A DNA stretch of 64,000 bases, taken from NCBI GenBank assembly GCA_022708025.1, contig JAKIZM010000008.1, forward strand, positions 4,612 to 68,611. The letters run 5' to 3'. The translations under genes and the position numbers were made by a program. Positions 46,735-55,642 of this stretch are shown piece by piece. A model generated the notes under the pieces. The model was not told the DNA's origin. It searched no databases and was given only the letters and a program-made list of their open reading frames with translations. Each line of letters starts with the position of its first letter. The stretch's first letter is position 1. The stretch is from Bacteroidota bacterium. Its GTDB lineage: Bacteria > Bacteroidota > Ignavibacteria > Ignavibacteriales > Ignavibacteriaceae.

Positions 46735-47446
46735 TTGCTAATCCGTAAATAACAAAGTCATTAAATTCTGTTGATTCCTTTATTCCGACTTTTCCAATTT
46801 TAGTCAGTTCAAGTAATGCTATAAAAGTTATTACAATTCTGATTTTTTCCTTCATGCCGTGGATAAGACTTAAAAAGTGAATTTCGCCCTTTTCCAAAAC
46901 TCTATCCAGAATAAATTTTATTTGATCATCAATGCTGATATTAATTTTTTTTATCTCATGAACTACTTGTGGCTTTACTCCATCAATTGCTTTTTTAAAT
47001 GCTTTAGCTAAATCATAAATAGAAATATTTTTAAGCAATGTATCAAACTCCGGCGGAGCAATCTTTTCGTCAGCAGAAAAATAGCCTCTGTAATTAAGTT
47101 TACGCTGATGCGATTCAAGAAAAGTAAGATCTTCAGCAACCTCTTTATATTTTTTATATTCTAATAATGCTTTTATTAAATCAGCACGCGGATCTATTTC
47201 CTCGCCTCTTTCATCAATCTCCCGCGGTAAAAGCATTCTCACTTTAATATGCATTAAAGTTGAAGCCATCAGTATAAAATCTCCGGCAACTTCAAGATCC
47301 ATAAGCTTTATAAGATTTACATATTCCAAAAATTCACTAGTAATTCTTGAAATAGGTATATCGTAAATATTCAGCTCATCTCTTTTTATAAAAAAGAGTA
47401 GCAAATCAAGCGGTCCTTCAAACTGATCTAATTTGATTTTATACAT
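46727..47446 (-). CDS. scpA: segregation and condensation protein A
   Basis: FEGPLDLLLFFIKRDELNIYDIPISRIT N-terminal signature. Confidence 0.9.
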   Translation of the reverse strand: MYKIKLDQFEGPLDLLLFFIKRDELNIYDIPISRITSEFLEYVNLIKLMDLEVAGDFILMASTLMHIKVRMLLPREIDERGEEIDPRADLIKALLEYKKYKEVAEDLTFLESHQRKLNYRGYFSADEKIAPPEFDTLLKNISIYDLAKAFKKAIDGVKPQVVHEIKKINISIDDQIKFILDRVLEKGEIHFLSLIHGMKEKIRIVITFIALLELTKIGKVGIKESTEFNDFVIYGLANG

Positions 47447-48426
47447 TATCCAAGTTTCATTTTATCGTGTACTTCATTCATTGTTTCAGCGGCAACTTTT
47501 TTAGCTTTTTTTTCACCTGCAGCAAGAATATCTTTTACTTCATCTATGTTTGATTCGAGATGTTTTCTTTTTTCAATTATTGGTGAAAGAAATTCCGATA
47601 GTTTTGCGGCACATTTCATTTTACATTCAAAACAGCTTATTTTACCGCCTCTGCAAGCCTCGTCAATTTCTTTTGCTGCTTCTTTGTTAAAATATTTATG
47701 ATATGAAAAGACAGTGCAAATATCAGGATTGCCAGGGGTCTCCTTTGTAGTTTTATTTGGATCTATGGCTGCTTTTCTCATTTTCTTTTGCACAATTTCA
47801 GGCTCATCAGAAAGTAAAATGGCATTACCTAATGACTTGCTCATCTTTGCATTTCCATCAACTCCAGCTAGTCGTGGAAACTTTGTAAGTAATGGTTCCG
47901 GCTCAGGAAAAACTTTTCCGTATTGTTTGTTAAATCTTCTTGCTATTTCTCTTGTAATTTCAACGTGCGGCACTTGGTCATCTCCAACCGGAACAGTATT
48001 TCCTTTGTATAAAAGAATATCTGCTGCCTGAAGAACAGGATAACCTAAATGTCCAAATACTGTATGCTGAATATGTAAATCCCGAATCTGGTCTTTTAAA
48101 GTTGGGTTACGTTCTAATCTGCTGACGGTTATCAACATACTGAAGATAAGATTTAACTCTGTATGTTCTTTAATCTGGGATTGTCTGAACATCGGACTAT
48201 TCTTGCCATTCAATCCTACAGCTAACCAATCAATTAACATATCAATCGAATTCTGATAAACATCTTTTGTGTCTAAATTAGTAGTAAGCACATGATAATC
48301 TGCAATAAGATAAAAACTTTCATACTCATTTTGTAAAGCAATCCAGTTTTCCAAAGCACCCACATAATGACCGAGATGAAGCTTACCGGTCGGTCGCATT
48401 CCGCTTAAAATTCTTTTTTTCGACAT
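47446..48426 (-). CDS. trpS: tryptophan--tRNA ligase
   Basis: HIGH-type GKLHLGHYVGAL and KMSKS motifs, 326 aa. Confidence 0.95.
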   Translation of the reverse strand: MSKKRILSGMRPTGKLHLGHYVGALENWIALQNEYESFYLIADYHVLTTNLDTKDVYQNSIDMLIDWLAVGLNGKNSPMFRQSQIKEHTELNLIFSMLITVSRLERNPTLKDQIRDLHIQHTVFGHLGYPVLQAADILLYKGNTVPVGDDQVPHVEITREIARRFNKQYGKVFPEPEPLLTKFPRLAGVDGNAKMSKSLGNAILLSDEPEIVQKKMRKAAIDPNKTTKETPGNPDICTVFSYHKYFNKEAAKEIDEACRGGKISCFECKMKCAAKLSEFLSPIIEKRKHLESNIDEVKDILAAGEKKAKKVAAETMNEVHDKMKLG

Positions 48427-48479
48427 CTTAACTATTTTTTGTTTTTAATTATTAAAGATACAAATAATGATAAAAACTT

Positions 48480-49070
48480 TCAGGACAGATATAGGTACGG
48501 TTTCCATCTTTCATCAAGCCGGCTAACAACATTCTTTATAAAAAGTATATGGCTTGGTTTAAAGGGGCGAGATAATAATTTCATATTTGCTTCTTCGGGG
48601 GTGCGATCACCTTTTCTGTTGTTACAAACTGTACATGCAGTTATAAGGTTTTCCCAAGTATCATCACCGCCTCGTGCTTTTGGAAAGACATGATCAACTG
48701 TAAGAGGAATATCGGATCTGCCGCAATAAGAGCATTTAAAAGAATCTCTTCTTAAAATATTTTTTCTGGTAAGAATAACTTTTTTATACGGTAATTTTAT
48801 GAATCTATTGATTCTGATAACGCTTGGCCAGGGATATTCGCGCGATACAGAATGAAGGTTTTTTCTCTCATCGTTTACTACAGGTTCTGCTTTGCCCAGA
48901 TATAGTAGTATAAATGCCTTACGAATACTGCAAATTGATAATGGCTCGTAACTATTATTTAAGACGAGTACTTTTGAATTTAATTTACCGTTAACGGGTA
49001 TGGAACGTTCGAAAACTATCTCCTTAATCAGATTTTCTGATGGATTTAATAAAATACACTCTGGCAACAA
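48480..49070 (-). CDS. HNH endonuclease family protein
   Basis: CSYCG...LTVDHVFPKARGGDDTWENLITACTVCNNRKG (Cys4 plus the H-N-H core). The ORF opens with TTG. Confidence 0.8.
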   Translation of the reverse strand: MLPECILLNPSENLIKEIVFERSIPVNGKLNSKVLVLNNSYEPLSICSIRKAFILLYLGKAEPVVNDERKNLHSVSREYPWPSVIRINRFIKLPYKKVILTRKNILRRDSFKCSYCGRSDIPLTVDHVFPKARGGDDTWENLITACTVCNNRKGDRTPEEANMKLLSRPFKPSHILFIKNVVSRLDERWKPYLYLS

Positions 49071-49221
49071 TACGAAGGATAAATATTATTATCATTGTTA
49101 CAAGAACCGGTACATACCAGCTCCTCGGAAGTAGATTCAAAAACAATAACACTGCAGCCACTACAGCCAAAGCAATTGTTGAATAATTAAAATATGTATA
49201 CCAATTTTTTTGCATCTGCAT
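49024..49221 (-). CDS. hypothetical small two-TM membrane protein (65 aa)
   Basis: Two hydrophobic helices. It overlaps the 5' end of the HNH ORF by 47 nt, and an AAGGAG sits at its own stop. Coding status is uncertain. Confidence 0.3.
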   Translation of the reverse strand: MQMQKNWYTYFNYSTIALAVVAAVLLFLNLLPRSWYVPVLVTMIIIFILRIVARVYFIKSIRKSD

Positions 49222-49287
49222 TATAATTTTACGAAAACAAAACTACTAATTGTAATACAGTTTATCAATGAATTTAATGTAATTTAT

Positions 49288-49662
49288 TCATTTCAAAAAT
49301 ATCAGTGCAACACAAGCCACATAATTGTCTGAATGACTGATTGAGATCTTGATATCTTTATCATCAGAGAGATAGTCTTTTAGTTTACCTGAAAACTTTA
49401 CAACAGGTAATCCATTTTGTTCATTAGTTATTTCTATATTTTTCCAGCTTGCTACTTTACTCCAGGTTCCGGATAGTGCTTTATAGATTGCTTCTTTTGC
49501 GGCAAACCTTGCAGCCAGGTGTTGATACTTGTTGTGTTTAACTAAACAATAATCTAATTCATTCTGAGTATAAATTTTTTTAAGAAATGCATCACCAAAT
49601 GTATCCACACTATTTTTGATTCTATCAATTTCTATTATGTCAATTCCGATTCCTAATATCAT
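49288..49662 (-). CDS. acpS: holo-[acyl-carrier-protein] synthase
   Basis: MILGIGIDIIEIDRI and FAAKEAIYKAL motifs. Confidence 0.9.
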   Translation of the reverse strand: MILGIGIDIIEIDRIKNSVDTFGDAFLKKIYTQNELDYCLVKHNKYQHLAARFAAKEAIYKALSGTWSKVASWKNIEITNEQNGLPVVKFSGKLKDYLSDDKDIKISISHSDNYVACVALIFLK

Positions 49663-49671
49663 AATTATCCT

Positions 49672-51372
49672 TTAATAACCTGTTGCTTTACCATAACCGC
49701 GCGGATCAGTTGCACCATAAAACACTTTATCTGTTAAATCAAAAAATATCCCTTCAACTCTTCCAAGCGATCGCTCATCTCCAATAATTTGCCCCTTTTC
49801 TAATAATACTTTTTTAACATCGGCAGCTAATCCAAAGCTTTCGTAATCAATCTGATCAGGCAGCCATTGATGATGAAAACGAGGCTGATTAATTGCTTGC
49901 TGAATATCCATTCCAAAATTCAAAATATTTAAGATAACCTGAAGAACAACAGTAGATATAGTTGAGCCGCCAGGTGAGCCAACTACTAACACCGGATTGT
50001 TATCTTTTAAAACTATTGTCGGACTCATAGAACTTTGCATTCTTTTATTTGGTTCAATTCGGTTAGCAAAACTTCCTATTAATCCAAACTGATTTGGTTC
50101 TCCAACCTTGGAACTAAAATCATCCATTTCATTATTCAGAAAAAAACCTGCTCCATCAACAACAACCTTACTTCCATAAGCGGAATTAATAGTAGTTGTT
50201 GTACTAACTGCATTTCCATAATTATCCATTATTGAATAATGAGTAGTTTCCTCGCTTTCAGGCAGATTATTAAAAATTCCCGGTGCAATATTCTGGGATG
50301 GAAAAGCAAAATCTTTGATCTTAGAAAAAATTTTATTTGCATAAAATTTTGAGAGCAACGAATCTACAGGTGATACGATAAAATCAGGATCACCAATATA
50401 TTTTGATCTGTCAGCAAAAGCATATTTCATAGCCTCAACTAATGAATGAATATATTTACTACTTCCCCAATCTTCCGTAAAGAAACTATAATTTTCTAAA
50501 ATGTTTAACATCTCAAGTAAGCTAACTCCACCACCGCTTGGTGGACCCATAGTAATTACATTATATCCATCATATTGTGTTAAAATGGGAGCTCTTTCTA
50601 TTGGTTTATAATTTTCTAAATCTTTTAGAGTTATATAGCCATTACCAGCATTAACCTGCTTTACAATAAGTTCTGCTGTTTCTCCTTTGTAGAAACCATC
50701 AAATCCATATTTTTGAATTTGCATTAAAGTTTTAGCAAGATCTTTTTGAACTAAAATATCACCTTCTGAATAAGGTAATCCATCTTTTGTAAATATCTTT
50801 TTTGTAGATTCAATTTTGTTAAATTCATCTAATTCATATTCAAGAGATTGTGCAAATCTATATTCAATCGGAAAGCCGTTTTCAGCAAGGTTTATTGCAG
50901 GTTGAATAACATCGTCTAAAGACAATTTACCATATTTTTTTAATGCATAAAGTAAACCAGCTACACTACCGGGAACACCAGAAGATGTAACACCATATTG
51001 GCTTAACTCGGGAACAAAATTCCCCAATGAATCCTGATACATAGTTTCATAAGATGATGCAGGAGCTTTTTCACGATAATCTATAGTTGTATTTGTTCCG
51101 TCTGAAAGATGAATAACCATAAAACCACCGCCGCCAAGATTTCCCGCCGATGGATAAGTAACTGCTAATGCAAATCCAACTGCTACAGCAGCATCTACAG
51201 CATTACCACCCTTTTTTAAAATTTCAACTCCAACATCCGAAGCAATTTTGCTGGCAGTAACGACCATTCCATTTTTACCTCTGACAGGATCTTGTAAGAC
51301 AGAATAAGAATCAACCGAAAGGAAAAATAAAAGCAGTGAAAAAATAAATATGGACTTAGAAGATATTCGCAT
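49672..51372 (-). CDS. ggt: gamma-glutamyltransferase
   Basis: Autoprocessing site ETTHYS and the GSPGGSTI motif. Start chosen at ATG 51372, which gives the signal peptide MRISSKSIFIFSLLLFFLSV. The ORF opens at TTG 51405, and ATGs at 51390 and 51378 are alternatives. Confidence 0.9.
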   Translation of the reverse strand: MRISSKSIFIFSLLLFFLSVDSYSVLQDPVRGKNGMVVTASKIASDVGVEILKKGGNAVDAAVAVGFALAVTYPSAGNLGGGGFMVIHLSDGTNTTIDYREKAPASSYETMYQDSLGNFVPELSQYGVTSSGVPGSVAGLLYALKKYGKLSLDDVIQPAINLAENGFPIEYRFAQSLEYELDEFNKIESTKKIFTKDGLPYSEGDILVQKDLAKTLMQIQKYGFDGFYKGETAELIVKQVNAGNGYITLKDLENYKPIERAPILTQYDGYNVITMGPPSGGGVSLLEMLNILENYSFFTEDWGSSKYIHSLVEAMKYAFADRSKYIGDPDFIVSPVDSLLSKFYANKIFSKIKDFAFPSQNIAPGIFNNLPESEETTHYSIMDNYGNAVSTTTTINSAYGSKVVVDGAGFFLNNEMDDFSSKVGEPNQFGLIGSFANRIEPNKRMQSSMSPTIVLKDNNPVLVVGSPGGSTISTVVLQVILNILNFGMDIQQAINQPRFHHQWLPDQIDYESFGLAADVKKVLLEKGQIIGDERSLGRVEGIFFDLTDKVFYGATDPRGYGKATGY

Positions 51373-52264
51373 CAACATTAATTCCTTCATTTTTAAGTTG
51401 ATCAATCAGTATGGATGTTAATTCATCTATGCGCTCTAAAGTTGTATTCAACTTTTTAAAGATTTCTTTATCATAAAGAAGTTTTCCGATATTATTTTGC
51501 TGATTTATTGTTTCACTTGTCAGTGTATTTAAATCGGTTAAAAGTTCATCACTTTTTTTAACTAAAGATTTTAGATCAGAAAATAATATGTTTATGTTAT
51601 CAGCATTATCTGTAAGTAATTTATTTGTTTTCTCAGATAGTTCAACAGCATTAGCGGTAAGTGTTTTAATTTCATTTCTATTTTCATTAAGCATCGCATT
51701 AATTTTATCTGTAAGCAAAACAAGATTTGATAATGATTTTTTAAGGTCTTCATTAAATTTATCATCACTTACAATCTTATTTAACGAGCTTAATGATATC
51801 TTAACATCTTTAAGAACAGTAACTAAATCATCCTGAACAGAACCAAATAATGACATTGCCGAGGGAATATCTGAATAAAAAGTGCCTTGAGCAATTTTAG
51901 TTTTGTCAAAATCTTTTTCTGATTTTCCGGGAAATACTTCAACCTTTTTACCACCCATTAAATCAAGCATTGAAACTGCAAACGTAGCATCCTCTTTTAA
52001 TACAATATCCTTTTCAATTGATAGTTCAACCAAAACATTATTTGGTCCAACTTCCATATCCTGCACAAAACCTTTTCTCATACCATTAACAGTAACCTGA
52101 TCGCCCACTTCTAATCCGGAAACATTATCAAATTTTACTTTAATTATAAAAGAATTTGAACTTAGTGAAAAATTCTTTGCCCATCCAAAAATCCATAAAA
52201 GGATAATTAATCCAAATACTACAGTAATACCAACCTTGATTTCTGTTTTACGTTCATTTTTCAT
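51356..52264 (-). CDS. MlaD/MCE family protein with long C-terminal coiled coil
   Basis: N-terminal anchor (EIKVGITVVFGLIILLW), an MCE fold (GLEVGDQVTVNGMRKGFV), then a heptad-like Leu/Asn/Lys-rich tail. Confidence 0.8.
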   Translation of the reverse strand: MKNERKTEIKVGITVVFGLIILLWIFGWAKNFSLSSNSFIIKVKFDNVSGLEVGDQVTVNGMRKGFVQDMEVGPNNVLVELSIEKDIVLKEDATFAVSMLDLMGGKKVEVFPGKSEKDFDKTKIAQGTFYSDIPSAMSLFGSVQDDLVTVLKDVKISLSSLNKIVSDDKFNEDLKKSLSNLVLLTDKINAMLNENRNEIKTLTANAVELSEKTNKLLTDNADNINILFSDLKSLVKKSDELLTDLNTLTSETINQQNNIGKLLYDKEIFKKLNTTLERIDELTSILIDQLKNEGINVDANIF

Positions 52265-52307
52265 ATTAATCTCTGAAATATTTTCTTTGAATATTCATAA
52301 TCTAAAC

Positions 52308-52348
52308 TAAATAAAAAACGGATGAATAAATTTAATTATTCATCCGTT
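52308..52348 (-). terminator. rho-independent terminator after ssb
   Basis: A 13-bp perfect stem AACGGATGAATAA/TTATTCATCCGTT (52317-52329 and 52336-52348). TTTTTTATTT follows on the minus strand. Confidence 0.75.
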
Positions 52349-52374
52349 AATAATAAATCTTTAAGAAATAAGAT

Positions 52375-52800
52375 TTAAAATGGCAAATCATCGTTAGAAT
52401 CAACTGGCGGAATATCTCCATCCTGAGCACTGCTTTCAGAATTTGATTCTGAATAACCTGAACTCTCTCCACTTCCTTCTAATGGGATGATCCTTTCAGA
52501 AACAATTTCAGTCGTATATCGTTTAACTCCTTCTTTGTCTGTGTATTCACGTTTCTTTAATCTGCCTTCAACATAAACTTTTTTCCCCTTTTTCAATTGT
52601 TCTTTCATAAAATCTGAAAGATTATACGCAGTGATATTATGCCAGGTAGTTTCATTGACCCAATTTCCGTCCTTACCTTTGAAACTATGAGTTGTTGCAA
52701 GTGAAAAGCTAGAAATAGAAAGAGTATCACCTGTAAATCTGTTTTCAACATCTTTCCCCAGATTTCCAATCAACATAATTCTGTTTAATGAAAATGCCAT
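52375..52800 (-). CDS. ssb: single-stranded DNA-binding protein
   Basis: OB fold (NRIMLIGNLGKDVE), a flexible acidic tail, and the canonical DDLPF end. Confidence 0.95.
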   Translation of the reverse strand: MAFSLNRIMLIGNLGKDVENRFTGDTLSISSFSLATTHSFKGKDGNWVNETTWHNITAYNLSDFMKEQLKKGKKVYVEGRLKKREYTDKEGVKRYTTEIVSERIIPLEGSGESSGYSESNSESSAQDGDIPPVDSNDDLPF

Positions 52801-53079
52801 TGTAGCCTCCTGTTTTTTTATGGATAATTGAATTAAATCAAATTTAAGGTTTGTTATTCTTAATGTCTAATAATTTTAAAAAATATTTAAATTTTTTGTA
52901 CCAAAAAAATCGGTAATATTTACCTACCCAAATGTATTAAATAAGTAAAAAAAAATTTCTGAATTCTTTGAAAATTTGTTAAAAACAAATAGTAATCCAA
53001 CATTTATATAATTCTCATAGTGGAACATCTATTTATTAAAAATTCTTAGCTATTTCAAATTAAATAACATTTCATAAAA

Positions 53080-53094
53080 TGGCATATATATTGT
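53080..53094 (+). promoter_or_regulatory. candidate sigma-54 (-24/-12) promoter
   Basis: TGGCAT-ATATA-TTGT compared with the consensus TGGCAC-N5-TTGC. Spacing is correct and GG is present, but the -12 element reads GT instead of GC. It lies 42 nt upstream of ATG 53136. Confidence 0.35.
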
Positions 53095-53135
53095 AAAAAA
53101 TCTAAGAAACTATTTAACAAATAATCCAATTTATT

Positions 53136-53615
53136 ATGAATCTAGGACAATCTTTATTTGCAATCGGTGCACTTATTCTTTTATCGCTTAATATAATGAG
53201 TGTTAACACCAGAATTTTAAGAACCGATGAAGTTGCCTTAAACTCAAAGATAGGAGTTTTAGCAACCTCCATTGGTACCTCGATCATTGAAGATGCCAGT
53301 AAGCTACCATTTGACGAGAAAACCCAACATGCAGCTCTTTCAGACAAAAATCTACTCACTCCATCTCCATTTGTTATTGAAAATCCAGGAGTATATGATG
53401 ATTTTGATGACTATAATGGATATACCAAAACAGATACTGTATTTACAATACCTTTTAAAGCAATTTGTTCAGTGGATTATGTTAATGCAACCAATCCAGA
53501 TAAAGCTGTTGCAAATCAGACCTGGCATAAAAAATTAACAGTTAAAATTACAACTCCTTTTTCACAAGATACCATTAAACTTTCTACAATATACAGTTAT
53601 TGGTTTTTTAGATAG
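53136..53615 (+). CDS. hypothetical N-terminally anchored protein, minor-pilin-like (gene A of a three-gene operon)
   Basis: The first 22 aa, MNLGQSLFAIGALILLSLNIMS, form a single hydrophobic helix following a Gly, like a degenerate prepilin N-terminus without Phe+1 or Glu+5. The rest is beta-rich. An in-frame stop 7 codons upstream excludes a longer leader. Confidence 0.5.
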   Translation: MNLGQSLFAIGALILLSLNIMSVNTRILRTDEVALNSKIGVLATSIGTSIIEDASKLPFDEKTQHAALSDKNLLTPSPFVIENPGVYDDFDDYNGYTKTDTVFTIPFKAICSVDYVNATNPDKAVANQTWHKKLTVKITTPFSQDTIKLSTIYSYWFFR

Positions 53616-53624
53616 GATAAAACT

Positions 53625-54218
53625 ATGGGATTTAGTACACTAATAGATATACTTGGTTCAACAATTATTGGCGGCATTTTGCTAATAATTGTTCTCCGGT
53701 TAAATGATACTGCAACTGAAAAAACCACAAACTATGGTGGTGAACTTTCGTTGCAACAGAATCTTGTAACCATTGCCCAAATAATGGAGTATGATTTCCG
53801 TAAAATGGGTTATTGCAAAGATTGGCTGAAATTTCCTGATCCAAAGCTTTCTATTATTAGTGCCGGAAAAGATAACATAAAATTTTTTGCAGATATTGAT
53901 AATAATGGAATTATGGATACTGTAAGTTATTACATCGGAGATTTTCTTACTTCAACTCCAAATCCAAGAGACAGATATTTTTATAGAAAGCTAAATAACC
54001 AGCCACCGGCTGCAATAAACTTAGGTGTAACACAATTTTTCTTAAGATATTTTGATACATTTGGCGATACATTAACTGCACCTGTATCCGATCCGACACT
54101 GATTAATTCTTATGAACTTAATATTCAAGTAGAAACTGTGTATGCGTATGATGAGCAATACTCTAGCGCCTTTTGGAAACAAATCAGATTATTAGCAAGA
54201 AATTTAAGAAATAGATAG
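53625..54218 (+). CDS. hypothetical PilW-like minor-pilin-like protein (gene B)
   Basis: MGFSTLIDILGSTIIGGILLII resembles the G/F(T/S)LIE class III signal, but with a 2-aa leader and Asp shifted by one position. QQNLVTIAQIMEYDFRKMGY resembles the PilW pattern ending D.R.AGY. Confidence 0.5.
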   Translation: MGFSTLIDILGSTIIGGILLIIVLRLNDTATEKTTNYGGELSLQQNLVTIAQIMEYDFRKMGYCKDWLKFPDPKLSIISAGKDNIKFFADIDNNGIMDTVSYYIGDFLTSTPNPRDRYFYRKLNNQPPAAINLGVTQFFLRYFDTFGDTLTAPVSDPTLINSYELNIQVETVYAYDEQYSSAFWKQIRLLARNLRNR

Positions 54219-54227
54219 GAGAATAAA

Positions 54228-55583
54228 ATGAGTGGTAAAGCAATCTTTTTTGTAGTTATGGGTTTTAGTTTGTTATTTATGATTGCCGGACAATTTTATA
54301 ATGGAGTGTCCGGAAGAATGACTGATAACTATATTGATTATTTTGAGCAAACTACAGCTCATAATATTGCAATTAGCGGCGCAAATATGGCAGCTAATGA
54401 ACTTTTCTTTGATGCTGATTGGAATGCTGGTTATAATAATATTGATTATCAAAATGGTAAGCTTAATGTAACCATAATAAATTCAGATCCTAAAAGGCAT
54501 CAGAAACAAATTTATTCGGTTGGTACATATAATAATATTACCAGTGAAGTAATTGTAACATTATCTCCTAGTAAATTTTCCAGATTTGCTTATTTTTCTG
54601 TAAGTGAAGGGGCTGGTGATATTTGGTGGATAAATCAAGATACTGTCTGGGGTCCTTTTCATACACAAGATTATTTAAAGGCAAGTAATCATCCTTCATT
54701 TATGATGTCTGCTACTACGCTAAAAGGTCTAAAATATTATAAAAATGAAAAGACTGATAGGCCAATTATTCATGGTAAATATGATCAAGGAGTTGATTTG
54801 GCTTTGCCTAAAGATGGAGTTATTCAAGTAAAAAATGCCGCATTGGATAAAAGTTTAGATGGTGGCGGATATTATTTGGCTGGAGCTGACGCAGGTAGTG
54901 TCAAATTAACCAATCCAAAGGGGAAATCCCAAACAGTTTTACGTGATGAAGTTTATATGGATTTTCAAGGTGAATATCTTTATTACAAATACGGATATAA
55001 GTATGATACTGGAAAAAAAGATATCAAAGGTAATATAATTTATGCAACAGCATATTTTGATTCTGTTAAACTTTATCTACCAGACGCAGCTCCTAATGGT
55101 GTAATTTTTGTAAATAATGGAAATATTCATATGAAAGGGACAATAAGTGGACAATATACTATAGGCTGCAACGGAAACACTGAGTCAATCTATGGCAATG
55201 TATATCTTGATGATGATATTGTTTACCAAAATAATCCCAAAACAAACCCTGGTGCATTAGACCTATTAGGTATTGTCGCAAAAAATGGAGTTAAAGTAAC
55301 AGAAAACGCTGCGAATAATAATGATATTAATATTCACGCTTCTATCTATATTGAAAATGGCGGTTTTGGAGCTGAAAATTATAACACGCGACCGGTTAGT
55401 GGAAAAATTAATTTATTAGGCGGCATACAGCAAGCCTTAAGAGGGGCAGTTGGAACTTTTAGCGGTACCACAATTACACATGGCTTTTCTAAACAATATC
55501 GTTATGATGATAGACTTATGGTATTATATCCACCATTTTTCCCCGGAACCGGTGGTTATGAAATTGTTTCCTGGTATGAATGA
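54228..55583 (+). CDS. hypothetical PilX-N-like large anchored protein (gene C)
   Basis: N-terminal helix AIFFVVMGFSLLFMIAG followed by TTAHNIAISGANMAANELF (PilX_N-like). The C-terminal half carries beta-helix-like repeats (NNGNIHMKGTISG, DINIHASIYIENGG) and ends in YRYDDRLMVLYPPFFPGTGG. Confidence 0.5.
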   Translation: MSGKAIFFVVMGFSLLFMIAGQFYNGVSGRMTDNYIDYFEQTTAHNIAISGANMAANELFFDADWNAGYNNIDYQNGKLNVTIINSDPKRHQKQIYSVGTYNNITSEVIVTLSPSKFSRFAYFSVSEGAGDIWWINQDTVWGPFHTQDYLKASNHPSFMMSATTLKGLKYYKNEKTDRPIIHGKYDQGVDLALPKDGVIQVKNAALDKSLDGGGYYLAGADAGSVKLTNPKGKSQTVLRDEVYMDFQGEYLYYKYGYKYDTGKKDIKGNIIYATAYFDSVKLYLPDAAPNGVIFVNNGNIHMKGTISGQYTIGCNGNTESIYGNVYLDDDIVYQNNPKTNPGALDLLGIVAKNGVKVTENAANNNDINIHASIYIENGGFGAENYNTRPVSGKINLLGGIQQALRGAVGTFSGTTITHGFSKQYRYDDRLMVLYPPFFPGTGGYEIVSWYE

Positions 55584-55610
55584 TAATATATAATTATCTG
55601 ATTAATATTT

Positions 55611-55642
55611 AAGGCTGAAATTTTTTTCAGCCTTTTTTATTT
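55611..55642 (+). terminator. rho-independent terminator after the pilin-like operon
   Basis: AAGGCTGAAA-TTTT-TTTCAGCCTT followed by TTTTATTTATT. The T-tail overlaps the stop codon of the convergent SPOR gene. Confidence 0.8.

Noticed and set aside
53114-53538. ORFs 53114-53359 (minus strand) and 53272-53538 (plus strand, alternative frame) overlapping pilin-like gene A.
   Set aside because: They have no start context or motifs. Gene A's frame has the N-terminal helix, operon spacing and junction features, so the alternatives are treated as chance ORFs.
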